Shown one piece after another: positions 1 to 7,834 of a stretch of DNA of 13,774 nucleotides (its first letter is position 1; every line of letters starts with the position of its first letter). The translations under genes and the position numbers were made by a program. The notes under the pieces were generated by a model, which saw nothing but the letters and a program-made list of their open reading frames with translations, made no database searches and had not been told where the DNA came from. The DNA is from Eubacteriales bacterium (lineage in GTDB: Bacteria; Bacillota; Clostridia; Oscillospirales; CAG-272), in contig JAZQCR010000129.1 of NCBI GenBank assembly GCA_045546375.1, positions 1 to 13,774 of the forward strand, read 5' to 3'.

Positions 1-116
1 CCTCATCCACCATTTTGCTACGCAAAACGGTCCCCCTTCCCCATCAGGGAAGGTGCAACGCTGCCTCGATTGCAAGAATTTGTCTTTTCAGGAAGATTTT
101 ATTCTTTTTCAAAACG

Positions 117-146
117 TTGTATATCAATTCTTCTCTTGCATATACT
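117..146 (+). promoter_or_regulatory. Candidate sigma-A-type promoter for the DUF1540 gene. The -35 TTGTAT is at 117-122, an 18-nt spacer follows, and the -10 TATACT is at 141-146.
   Basis: Hexamers read directly from the sequence. A GGAGG ribosome-binding site at 160-164 and an ATG at 176 follow. Match to consensus is only moderate. Confidence 0.3.
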
Positions 147-175
147 AACATCACCATACGGAGGTGATTTTAATA

Positions 176-358
176 ATGAATAACTGTGCAAACGGCAACT
201 GCCGTACTAACAAGCATATCGAGTGCGAGGTAAAGCAGTGCGCTTACCACGCGAAGAATGAGAATTATTGTTCTTTAGATAAAATCAAGGTTGGCACTCA
301 CGAGGCTAACCCCACCGAATGCAAGTGCACTGACTGCGAATCCTTTAAGCTGGGTTAA
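176..358 (+). CDS. DUF1540-family small cysteine-rich protein, 60 aa from ATG 176. The ORF track starts it at GTG 164.
   Basis: GGAGG at 160-164 sits 11 nt upstream of ATG 176, and the GTG at 164 lies inside the ribosome-binding site. The protein has the spaced Cys/His pattern NCANGNC..H..C.V..C.YH......C....I.V...E....EC.C..C and a C-x2-C-x-SFK ending, typical of Firmicutes DUF1540 proteins. Confidence 0.75.
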   Translation: MNNCANGNCRTNKHIECEVKQCAYHAKNENYCSLDKIKVGTHEANPTECKCTDCESFKLG

Positions 359-374
359 GATGTCTGTGTACGAA

Positions 375-409
375 AGCACCGCCTCAAACGAGGCGGTGCT
401 TTTGTGTTT
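375..409. terminator. Rho-independent terminator shared by the convergent DUF1540 gene (+) and the 394-aa gene (-).
   Basis: Stem AGCACCGCCTC (375-385), loop AAAC, stem GAGGCGGTGCT (390-400), then TTTGTGTTT. It lies between stop 358 and stop 414. Confidence 0.75.
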
Positions 410-413
410 ATGA

Positions 414-1598
414 TCAATGTTTAACTACGGTAATGCCCGGTAAATAGAATCCGGTCTTCATAGCAAAGATCAATGCGACGTAAGCAATAACCCCTATACC
501 GCCAAGAATAGACAGAATCAAAGTAAGGAAACGAACGGTCTCAATACTAATATGTGTTGCACACGAGATCATATCACATACACCGAAAAGCTTTTTGCGA
601 GTGAAATAAGTATCGAGTTCAAATGACCCGATCTCTCCCATTCCGGTGAGTTTCTTGTTGGACTTAGCTGCAGTAAATCTATAAAAAGGATTGAACTTAT
701 TTGAAAAATCGTTGAGCATCTTGAATAGTGACTGCTGATGCGGATCAGACTTCTCGAATAACTTCGCATAAAGATCAAACTCTTTTTCATCCTGTGTCTT
801 AGGCTTTTTTCGATCAACCAAAGTGGTAAGACATTCCCTCAGTTCCTTTGCACCGTCAAAATTGGTATAACGCTTTATCTCGGCCTCCGTTTGGTTCAAA
901 AGTGCAAGATAATCATCATAGTACGCTTCTGCTCCTATCATATTAAGACGGGGTTTTATCACCGCCCAGGTCGTATAATTATCATGAGAGGTGACAGTCG
1001 TATCTGAAAAGCATCCGTAGCTGAAGGTATACGCATTATAGGTAGTTCCTGTATATGCCGAACCCTGAGCCGCTGTATATGTGAGTAATATGCGCAGACA
1101 GTATGCCTTCACCTTAAGCAGATCTGTACGAAGCACGCTTAAATTAGCTATTCCCAGATATGTACCCAATCCATAGCAATCGTTTACTGCGATATTATCA
1201 AGATTTGAGCAAAGATAAGCCAAAAGCTCGTGGATCCTTGTCACTATTAATGAATTGTTATAACATACGGCCAACTGTGAAAAGTAGTATAGTGAAACTT
1301 CTCTTAAGAACAGCTTACGTATATTATTAAGCGATCCAAGAGCACGGCGGTACTCTTCGATATAAGAATTATCCCTTTCCGCCAAAAGCTTTAACTCAAG
1401 CAAAGCCTCAAAGTATCTGGATCCTGAATAATAATCAAGCGGATAAACCAAATATCCCCTCGTCATCTCGTGAAGCTCTACAAGGCAACCCGGAACTCCC
1501 TCTTCCCTTGCACGAGCATAGTATGCTGCGCACAAGGACTCCTCACCGTCTAAAAACTTCTTTTTTGCTGTATCAAGCATCGTAACACTACTATTCAT
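414..1598 (-). CDS. Hypothetical protein of 394 aa. A large N-terminal soluble domain with a Tyr/Thr-rich segment is followed by a single C-terminal transmembrane helix (tail-anchored topology).
   Basis: Long ORF, AT-rich (about 40% GC by eye). A G-run ribosome-binding site (AGGGGGG) lies 4 nt before ATG 1598. The C-terminal segment FLTLILSILGGIGVIAYVALIFAM is hydrophobic. I recognise no family. The nested 82-aa ORF at 569-817 is frame noise. Confidence 0.7.
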   Translation of the reverse strand: MNSSVTMLDTAKKKFLDGEESLCAAYYARAREEGVPGCLVELHEMTRGYLVYPLDYYSGSRYFEALLELKLLAERDNSYIEEYRRALGSLNNIRKLFLREVSLYYFSQLAVCYNNSLIVTRIHELLAYLCSNLDNIAVNDCYGLGTYLGIANLSVLRTDLLKVKAYCLRILLTYTAAQGSAYTGTTYNAYTFSYGCFSDTTVTSHDNYTTWAVIKPRLNMIGAEAYYDDYLALLNQTEAEIKRYTNFDGAKELRECLTTLVDRKKPKTQDEKEFDLYAKLFEKSDPHQQSLFKMLNDFSNKFNPFYRFTAAKSNKKLTGMGEIGSFELDTYFTRKKLFGVCDMISCATHISIETVRFLTLILSILGGIGVIAYVALIFAMKTGFYLPGITVVKH

Positions 1599-1613
1599 AA
1601 TGCCCCCCTGAGT

Positions 1614-1662
1614 TTAATAATATACCATAATGGGATATTATTAATATACCATAACGGTATAA
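1614..1662. promoter_or_regulatory. Duplicated operator-like element in the divergent intergenic region. It overlaps a probable -10 TATAAT at 1658-1663 for the XRE gene.
   Basis: The 13-bp stretch TAATATACCATAA is a perfect direct repeat at 1618-1630 and 1642-1654, 24 bp apart. Each copy is the left half of an inverted repeat: TATACC-ATAAT-GGGATA at 1621-1637 (imperfect) and TATACC-ATAAC-GGTATA at 1645-1661 (perfect 6-bp arms). Confidence 0.45.
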
Positions 1663-1699
1663 TAATGTCAAGAGATAATTTAGTTTGCAAGAGGATGAT

Positions 1700-1906
1700 A
1701 TGAGGCTAAAAGAATTAAGAAAAGAGCGCGGTATAACACAGTTAAAACTTGCGCTTGACCTCTCAATGAATCAAAATAACATAAGCCGTTATGAAACAGG
1801 ACGTTTGGAGGCAGACTACGCAACATTAATCAAACTCGCGGACTACTTTCAGGTCTCTATTGACTATCTTCTTGAACGCACCGATAATCCTACATTCTTT
1901 AAATAG
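1700..1906 (+). CDS. XRE (Cro/C1)-family helix-turn-helix transcriptional regulator, 68 aa from ATG 1700. The ORF track starts it at TTG 1685.
   Basis: AAGAGGA ribosome-binding site at 1689-1695 precedes ATG 1700. The HTH core is ITQLKLALDLSMNQNNISRYETG. It is divergent from the 394-aa gene. Confidence 0.8.
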   Translation: MRLKELRKERGITQLKLALDLSMNQNNISRYETGRLEADYATLIKLADYFQVSIDYLLERTDNPTFFK

Positions 1907-1916
1907 AATAATATAC

Positions 1917-1953
1917 AAAACCTCCGCCTCTTTTGAGGTGGAGGTTTTGTGTT
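1917..1953. terminator. Bidirectional rho-independent terminator between the XRE gene (+) and the ABC exporter operon (-).
   Basis: Stem CCTCCGCCTC (1921-1930), loop TTTT, stem GAGGTGGAGG (1935-1944, one G-U pair), then TTTTGTGTT. An A-tract precedes it on the plus strand, so it also reads as a terminator on the minus strand. Confidence 0.75.
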
Positions 1954-3895
1954 AGTCAAGCTCTTTTAAGCCTGTATACAGCTCGTAGTATCTTCCCTTT
2001 TGCGCGAGAAGATCATCGTGGTCGCCGCGCTCCACGATAACTCCGTTTTCCAGCACCATAATGGCATTGGCGTTACGGACGGTGGAAAGGCGGTGAGCGA
2101 TGACGAAGGTAGTCCTATCCTTCATCAGGCGATCCATACCGTGCTCTATATGACGCTCGGTACGGGTATCTACAGAGGAAGTGGCTTCATCCAGAACAAG
2201 AATCGGTGCTGTAGACAATGCCGCACGGGCGATATTCAGAAGCTGTCTCTGTCCCTGGGACAGATTTGCTCCATCGCCCTCCAGCATGGTATCATAGCCC
2301 TTCTCAAGACGCATGATAAAGGAATGTGCGCTGGCGGTCTTCGCCGCTGTGATGACCTCCTCGTCGGTAGCGTCAGGGCGTCCGTAGCGGATATTCTCCA
2401 TAACGGTACCCGTAAAGAGGTGGGTATCCTGCAGTACCATAGCGATATTACGACGAAGGTGATCGCGGTCGTAGTCACGCAGGTCAACGCCGTCGATAGT
2501 GACCTTACCCATATTGATCTCATAGAAGCGGTTAAGCAGATTAGTAATAGTCGTCTTACCTGCACCGGTAGAGCCGACAAAGGCTATCTTCTGACCGGGA
2601 TGAGCGTAGAGGGATATATCCTTAAGTATAGTCTTATGAGGGTTATAGCCGAAGGTGACGTTCTCGAAGACTACGTCGCCCTTTATGGGTGTGGTGATCC
2701 CCTTACTCTCATAGGGCTCGGCAAGAGGCAACAGCTCGCCCTCGTATCCCTCGGGCACCTTGGGGCTGTCCGCCGCCTCGGGGGTAAGATCCATAATGGA
2801 GAATACCCTCTCCGCACCTGCAAGAGCCGCAAAGATGGTGGAGGTCTGCTGAGAGATCATATTGATAGGCTGAGAGAAGTGTCTCGAATAGGTACAGAAT
2901 ACAGCGAGATCTCCTATACCGAAGCCTGCGTGAAGGCCTAAAAGACCACCGACACCTGCGGTAAAGGCATAGCAGATATTGGACATATTACCCATTATAG
3001 GGCCCATAACACCGCCGAAGAACTGCGCCTTGAACATCTTGTCGCGCATATCCTCGTTAAGAAGTCCGAATTCCTCTACGCAGACCTCTTCGTGGTTAAA
3101 CACCTTGACTACCTTGGAGCCTGTTACGGACTCCTCGATATATCCGTTTACCGCACCGAGAGCCGCCTGCTGTGCGCCGTAGTATTTGCCGCTTCGCTTG
3201 GCGATACTCGTACTTATCAGCATAAATATCGGTATGAATGCAAGGGTGACGAAGGTAAGCCACAGATTCATGCTCACCATCATGATGAAGGTGCCGACGA
3301 GGGTCACTACGCCCGAAATAAGACTGACGATAGTGTTATTTATCATCATATCTATATTATCGATATCGTTGGTAAAGCGGCTCATCAGCTCGCCTGTGGT
3401 ATTATTGTCAAAGAAACGCACGGGCAGGGTCTGCAGCTTTGTGAAAAGATCGTTTCGCAGCTTCTCTATAGAATTCTGCGATACCGTCATCATAAGGCGC
3501 GCCTGCAGATAGGTACTGACCGTACCCGCAAGGTATACTACCGCTAAAATTACCAGAATAGTTGCCAGGCTCTTTAGCCTTTCGTCTGGAGGCACAGAGC
3601 CGTCAGCTACGGTATCTATAACCGGGCTTAACATATAACCGCCAACAAGAGAGGTAACGGTACTGCACATCATACAAACGATAACCAGTGCGAGGTGAGC
3701 TTTATAACGTGATATATAGCTCCATAAACGAAGGATAGTATCCTTGGCATTCTTGGGCTTGCCCTTGGCACGGACGTTTCGCGGGCCTCCTCTGCCGGGC
3801 CCACCCGGTCCCGGACCCATTCGGGGTCCCGCTGAAGCGGAGGCGGCGCGGCTATACTGCTTTTGCAGATCCTCTAAGGTTCTTTTATTAGCCAT
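1952..3895 (-). CDS. ABC exporter subunit with fused transmembrane and nucleotide-binding domains, 647 aa. Its Walker B is canonical and its signature motif is degenerate.
   Basis: Walker A GSTGAGKTT. Signature LSQGQRQLL is non-canonical (Q replaces G). Walker B ILVLDEAT carries the catalytic Glu. The H-loop is AHRLSTV. There is an N-terminal Gly/Pro-rich tail (GPRMGPGPGGPGRGGPRN). GGAGG lies 7 nt before ATG 3895. It is coupled to the upstream gene with a TAA-TA-ATG junction. Confidence 0.9.
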   Translation of the reverse strand: MANKRTLEDLQKQYSRAASASAGPRMGPGPGGPGRGGPRNVRAKGKPKNAKDTILRLWSYISRYKAHLALVIVCMMCSTVTSLVGGYMLSPVIDTVADGSVPPDERLKSLATILVILAVVYLAGTVSTYLQARLMMTVSQNSIEKLRNDLFTKLQTLPVRFFDNNTTGELMSRFTNDIDNIDMMINNTIVSLISGVVTLVGTFIMMVSMNLWLTFVTLAFIPIFMLISTSIAKRSGKYYGAQQAALGAVNGYIEESVTGSKVVKVFNHEEVCVEEFGLLNEDMRDKMFKAQFFGGVMGPIMGNMSNICYAFTAGVGGLLGLHAGFGIGDLAVFCTYSRHFSQPINMISQQTSTIFAALAGAERVFSIMDLTPEAADSPKVPEGYEGELLPLAEPYESKGITTPIKGDVVFENVTFGYNPHKTILKDISLYAHPGQKIAFVGSTGAGKTTITNLLNRFYEINMGKVTIDGVDLRDYDRDHLRRNIAMVLQDTHLFTGTVMENIRYGRPDATDEEVITAAKTASAHSFIMRLEKGYDTMLEGDGANLSQGQRQLLNIARAALSTAPILVLDEATSSVDTRTERHIEHGMDRLMKDRTTFVIAHRLSTVRNANAIMVLENGVIVERGDHDDLLAQKGRYYELYTGLKELD

Positions 3896-3897
3896 TA

Positions 3898-5673
3898 TTA
3901 CGCCTCCTTTCCGTCGGTCTGGGAGTAATAGATATCCTGATACTCCTCGTTTGAAGTGAGCAGCTCGTCGTGTGTTCCCACACCCGTGATAGCGCCGTCA
4001 TCCATTACCACTATCATATCAGCGTCCTTAACAGAGCTGATACGCTGAGCGATGATTATCTTGGTAGAGCCCGAAAGCTCCTCGCGGAAGGCACGGCGTA
4101 TCTGCGCCTCTGTGGCAGTATCCACAGCACTTGTGGAATCATCGAGGATCAGTATCTTTGGCTTCTTTAAAAGGGCGCGGGCGATACAGAGCCTCTGCTT
4201 CTGTCCGCCAGATACGTTGGTTCCTCCCTGCTCAAGGTTAGTAGCATAACCCTCACTGAAGGAGGTGATAAACTTATCCGCCTGGGCGTACTCGGCGGCG
4301 GAACGTATCTCCTCTTCGGTAGCATCCTGGTCTCCCCATCGGAGATTCTCCTCTATAGTTCCCGAAAAGAGCACGTTTTTCTGCAAAACCATACCCACGC
4401 CTTCGCGGAGATTGTAAAGAGAGTAGTCACGGACGTTGATGCCGTCCACCAGCACCTCGCCCTCGTCGGTATCGTAAAGGCGGGCTATCATAGAAACAAG
4501 CGTGGTCTTACCGCATCCCGTGGGACCGATGATGCCCACGGTAGCTCCTGCGGGTATCTTCAGGTCGATATTATCAAGAACCTTTCCCTCGCTGTTCTTA
4601 TAATAGCGGAAGGAAACACCGCGAAATTCTACTGCGCCTTCGCTCACAAGTGCCTCGGGATGAGCGGCATACGCATCGGATATGTCTACCTTCTCCTCTA
4701 AGACCTCTTTAATTCTCTTTGCGGAGGCGAGAGCGCGGCTCATATTCATAAACAGCATAGATACCATCATAAGGGAGAACAGTATCTGTGATATGTAGGT
4801 GGTAAATGCGCTGAGCTCGCCCGAGCTCATACCGCCGTCAACCACCATATTACCGCCGAACCAAAGAACGGCGATGGTAGTAGCGTTCATAAAGAAATTC
4901 ACCACCGGGGTCATAAAGATTATGACCGACATAGCGTCCATACCGCTTTTTTTAAGGGCGGCGTTGGCAGAGCCGAATTTATCAACCTCGTAGCCCTCGC
5001 GCACGAAGCTCTTAACTACGCGGACGTTGGTGATGTTCTCCTGCACGGTGGAGTTAAGATCGTCAAGGCGCCCCTGTACCTGCTGAAAGCGGGAAAAACC
5101 GTTCACGATAAAGAAGGCTATTACCGCTACCATAATAGGTATGGTAATGGCAAGAACGGACGTCAAGGTGGGATTTACGGTTATTGCCATAATGATCGCA
5201 CCGATAAGCATACCCGGTGAGCGCAGAGCCATACGGAGCATCATATTGACGAAGTTCTGCATCTGGGTCACGTCGTTAGTTAAACGTGTCACGAGAGAGC
5301 CCGTAGAGAACTTATCTATATTACCGAAGGAAAACCTCTGTACCTTACGAAAGGTATCAGCGCGCAGGTCGGTTGCAAAATAGACCGACGCCTTTGCGCC
5401 GAAGTAAGCTCCGCCCACACCGCCTACCATCATAAGCAGTGCAGTGAATATCAGGCCTACCATCATAGCGATAATAAAAGGGGAGCCCTCTCCGATAACG
5501 CCGTAAAGCCATTCGACCCAAGCAGGTGCATCCTTGCCCGATACGCCATAGTCGATTATGTATGCCAAAAGCTTCGGCATAAAGAGCTCGCCTATGACCT
5601 CGATGATCATACAGATAGGGCCAAGTATAAAATAAGGCAAATAAGGTTTTATATACTTAAACCAAAGCTTCAT
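3898..5673 (-). CDS. ABC exporter subunit with fused transmembrane and nucleotide-binding domains, 591 aa from ATG 5673. The ORF track extends it to 5706 (602 aa). This is the degenerate-site partner of a heterodimeric exporter.
   Basis: Walker A GPTGCGKTT and canonical signature VSGGQKQRL. Walker B ILILDDST has Asp in place of the catalytic Glu. The H-loop has Q (IAQRISSV). ATG 5673 overlaps the marR stop as ATGA and has GGAGG 12 nt upstream. The ATG at 5706 has no ribosome-binding site. Confidence 0.85.
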   Translation of the reverse strand: MKLWFKYIKPYLPYFILGPICMIIEVIGELFMPKLLAYIIDYGVSGKDAPAWVEWLYGVIGEGSPFIIAMMVGLIFTALLMMVGGVGGAYFGAKASVYFATDLRADTFRKVQRFSFGNIDKFSTGSLVTRLTNDVTQMQNFVNMMLRMALRSPGMLIGAIIMAITVNPTLTSVLAITIPIMVAVIAFFIVNGFSRFQQVQGRLDDLNSTVQENITNVRVVKSFVREGYEVDKFGSANAALKKSGMDAMSVIIFMTPVVNFFMNATTIAVLWFGGNMVVDGGMSSGELSAFTTYISQILFSLMMVSMLFMNMSRALASAKRIKEVLEEKVDISDAYAAHPEALVSEGAVEFRGVSFRYYKNSEGKVLDNIDLKIPAGATVGIIGPTGCGKTTLVSMIARLYDTDEGEVLVDGINVRDYSLYNLREGVGMVLQKNVLFSGTIEENLRWGDQDATEEEIRSAAEYAQADKFITSFSEGYATNLEQGGTNVSGGQKQRLCIARALLKKPKILILDDSTSAVDTATEAQIRRAFREELSGSTKIIIAQRISSVKDADMIVVMDDGAITGVGTHDELLTSNEEYQDIYYSQTDGKEA

Positions 5674-6140
5674 TTCTTGCACTTGCCTCCGTTTTTGCGA
5701 CAGCATCTGCGCTGTTTCGGGTCTTCGCCGGTTAAGTTAAAGTATATCTTATCAAGAAGGGTCATAAGGGTCTTTATCTCCTCATCGGTCATGCCCTCTT
5801 TAGCCTGAGCGTCCATAGCACGGACCACGCGGCGACTCTCCGCCTCGAACTCCTTACCCTTATCGGTTAGGTATACGCGCATAGCACGCATATCGTTCTC
5901 ATCGGGAACACGTATGACGTAGCCGTCGTTCTCCATCTTCTGAAGGGTGACGCTGATGGTGGGCGGCTTAAGGCGGGTAGCCTTTGCAAGGTCAAGCTGT
6001 GTCATACCCTCTCCGTGAGACAGGTGAAAAAGAAGGTGTCTGTAGCTCTCATTGATGCCGACACTCTCCGCAAGAGTCCTTAACCTGCCGTGAAAAATAC
6101 GCGATAGATCGTTTATCGCCATAAACGGTTTTCTTTCCAT
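5670..6140 (-). CDS. MarR-family winged-helix transcriptional regulator, 156 aa, first gene of the marR-ABC-ABC operon.
   Basis: The stretch GMTQLDLAKATRLKPPTISVTLQKMENDGYVIRV...DMRAMRVYLTDKGKE is a typical MarR wing/HTH. GGAGG sits 5 nt before ATG 6140. Its stop overlaps the ABC start codon. Confidence 0.85.
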   Translation of the reverse strand: MERKPFMAINDLSRIFHGRLRTLAESVGINESYRHLLFHLSHGEGMTQLDLAKATRLKPPTISVTLQKMENDGYVIRVPDENDMRAMRVYLTDKGKEFEAESRRVVRAMDAQAKEGMTDEEIKTLMTLLDKIYFNLTGEDPKQRRCCRKNGGKCKK

Positions 6141-6155
6141 TCTAACCTCCGTTAA

Positions 6156-6167
6156 TTAGTTTACTAA
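6156..6167 (-). promoter_or_regulatory. Candidate MarR operator in the marR 5' leader.
   Basis: TTAGTTTACTAA is a 10/12 palindrome (TTAGT-nn-ACTAA). It lies between the predicted -10 and the ribosome-binding site, next to a TTAATTA element and an ACTAA/CTAAC direct repeat. Confidence 0.35.
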
Positions 6168-6176
6168 CTAACGATT

Positions 6177-6205
6177 ATTATATTCTCTTTTCCGTTAAAA
6201 GTCAA
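6177..6205 (-). promoter_or_regulatory. Sigma-A consensus promoter for the marR-ABC operon (minus strand).
   Basis: Read on the minus strand: TTGACT (plus 6200-6205), a 17-nt spacer, then TATAAT (plus 6177-6182). Confidence 0.6.
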
Positions 6206-6263
6206 TATATATTTTTGATGTTAATAAATGTTTCAAATTTGCGTTCTCAGTTCGCGCCGTTCA

Positions 6264-6292
6264 TTGACAGAGGGGCGCACTTTTGGTATAAT
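6264..6292 (+). promoter_or_regulatory. Sigma-A consensus promoter with an extended -10, driving the two downstream membrane-protein genes.
   Basis: TTGACA at 6264-6269, a 17-nt spacer, TGgTATAAT with TATAAT at 6287-6292. Divergent from the marR promoter. Confidence 0.65.
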
Positions 6293-6324
6293 ATAATATG
6301 AATAATTATGTAACGGAGCTTACT

Positions 6325-7200
6325 ATGTCTTTATCAAAGCATTTTCTATCTCTTTTCGCAAGAAACAGAAATACCATAATCGTTTTTGCCGTGGGCGTTA
6401 TACTTTGCACGGCACTTTCCTTCGTCAGCCTTTCACTGTGCGCCCTTGCCCTTTCGGCCCTTTCCGTAGTTTTGATGGTGCTGTACATCAAGCTGATGAT
6501 AACCGAGCACAAGGCCTACTATCACTTGCTGAAAAACAGATCAGTGCCTGCCCCCTCAAGACTTTTTATCAATTCCGTGATATGTGTAAGCATTGCCTTG
6601 ATAGTGACGCTGGCTCTCTTCTCCGGATGTATGGGGCTGACCGTACGCGCCGCCCTTGCAACAGACCTTAATGAATTAACCTTCGAGGCGAGGGAACCCC
6701 TGACAGAGGAGCAGGAAAAGCTCCTCTCTGAAACCGCTGAAGCCCTTGAAGTCTTCGCAGAGGAGACCGTAAAAAGAGGATATACCTCTCCCGCTCCCTA
6801 CCTTGCGCTTTTTATAGTCTCCATGGTTTCCACCTTCGTTTCGGTGATCAAGCTCCACACGGCGGTGACCTTCGCTCCGAAATTCAAGATACATCCCTTT
6901 GTTACGGTCCTGATCGCCCTTTTTGTCATCGGATTCGTTAATGACTTTATAATTTCACTGTTGACTACCCTCGTTATGGCGGCAGCCCCGGGAATAGGAA
7001 ATGCCATCAACGAGATCAACTCCTTCCTCTCTGTTTCAGGCACCGAGGAATACTCTGCCGAGTTCATTTACGACATGGCGAAGAACCTACCCTACGCCGC
7101 TACACTTGTGAAGGTTACGGTCATCTCTTCCATTTGCTCCATTATAGCCGCGTTTACAAACACGCTTGTTTCCATCACTGTATTAAATAAAGAAAAGTAA
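6325..7200 (+). CDS. Hypothetical polytopic membrane protein, about 291 aa from ATG 6325. The ORF track starts it at 6298.
   Basis: ATG 6298 sits only 6 nt after the -10, so it would require a leaderless mRNA. ATG 6325 has a GGAG 6 nt upstream. There are about six hydrophobic helices. I recognise no family. Confidence 0.55.
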   Translation: MSLSKHFLSLFARNRNTIIVFAVGVILCTALSFVSLSLCALALSALSVVLMVLYIKLMITEHKAYYHLLKNRSVPAPSRLFINSVICVSIALIVTLALFSGCMGLTVRAALATDLNELTFEAREPLTEEQEKLLSETAEALEVFAEETVKRGYTSPAPYLALFIVSMVSTFVSVIKLHTAVTFAPKFKIHPFVTVLIALFVIGFVNDFIISLLTTLVMAAAPGIGNAINEINSFLSVSGTEEYSAEFIYDMAKNLPYAATLVKVTVISSICSIIAAFTNTLVSITVLNKEK

Positions 7201-7203
7201 TAT

Positions 7204-7620
7204 ATGGTTTTTGAAAAAGAAAAAATCAAAAAGGCAATAGAAAAATGGCTGAAATTCCTCTTCAACCCGAGGTTGATCCTATGCCTTGCTATCGGTTGGA
7301 TCATAACTAACGGCTGGTGCTACGCCTTTATCGGCGTTGGGACTCTTTTCGACATTTCATGGATGCTTTATATCGGTGGAGCTTATTTAGCTTTTCTGTG
7401 GGTATTGCCCACTCCCGAAAAAATCATCACCGTTATCATTGCTATCTTCTTACTAAAAAGACTCTTCCCAAACGATACCAAGACCTTGGCAGTCCTGCTT
7501 GATATGAAAAAGAAGATCAAAGATAAGATAGCAGAGATCAAAGGCAAAGGTGCCGCAAAAAAGGAACTGCGCAAGCAACAGAAAGAGGAGAAAAAGCGGC
7601 AAAAGTCAACAAATCCATAA
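7204..7620 (+). CDS. Small membrane protein of 138 aa with three predicted helices and a highly basic, Lys-rich C-terminal tail.
   Basis: It starts 4 nt after the upstream stop and is probably co-transcribed. The tail reads KKKIKDKIAEIKGKGAAKKELRKQQKEEKKRQK. Confidence 0.55.
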   Translation: MVFEKEKIKKAIEKWLKFLFNPRLILCLAIGWIITNGWCYAFIGVGTLFDISWMLYIGGAYLAFLWVLPTPEKIITVIIAIFLLKRLFPNDTKTLAVLLDMKKKIKDKIAEIKGKGAAKKELRKQQKEEKKRQKSTNP

Positions 7621-7656
7621 TTTAAACTTTTTTCCCAAGAATTTTCGTTTTTCGTA

Positions 7657-7684
7657 TTGACAAAAGTGAAAAAATCAGTATAAT
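7657..7684 (+). promoter_or_regulatory. Sigma-A promoter for the tRNA-Leu gene.
   Basis: TTGACA at 7657-7662, a 16-nt spacer, TATAAT at 7679-7684. An AT-rich UP-like tract lies upstream. Confidence 0.55.
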
Positions 7685-7714
7685 ATTATCGTTGTCTGCA
7701 AAAGCAGGCGATTC

Positions 7715-7799
<85 letters not shown>

Positions 7800-7800
7800 A

Positions 7801-7833
7801 AAAGTCGACAAGCAAAGCTTGTCGACTTTTTTA
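7801..7833 (+). terminator. Rho-independent terminator immediately after the tRNA.
   Basis: Stem GTCGACAAGC, loop AAAG, stem GCTTGTCGAC, then TTTTTT (7828-7833). Confidence 0.8.
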
Positions 7834-7834
7834 T

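Noticed and set aside
33-55. GC-rich hairpin CCTTCCC-(c)ATCA-GGGAAGG near the left edge, as a possible terminator.
   Set aside because: There is no U-tract on either side. It may be the end of an upstream transcript, but I cannot support a terminator call from what is visible.
569-817. An 82-aa ORF nested antisense or alternate-frame inside the 394-aa gene.
   Set aside because: It is fully contained in a longer, better-supported ORF and has no ribosome-binding site. It is frame noise.
2000-3547. Several plus-strand ORFs of 67-313 aa antisense to the ABC exporter gene.
   Set aside because: These are typical spurious antisense ORFs in a GC-rich gene. They have no ribosome-binding site or recognisable domain, and the minus-strand gene has unambiguous ABC motifs.
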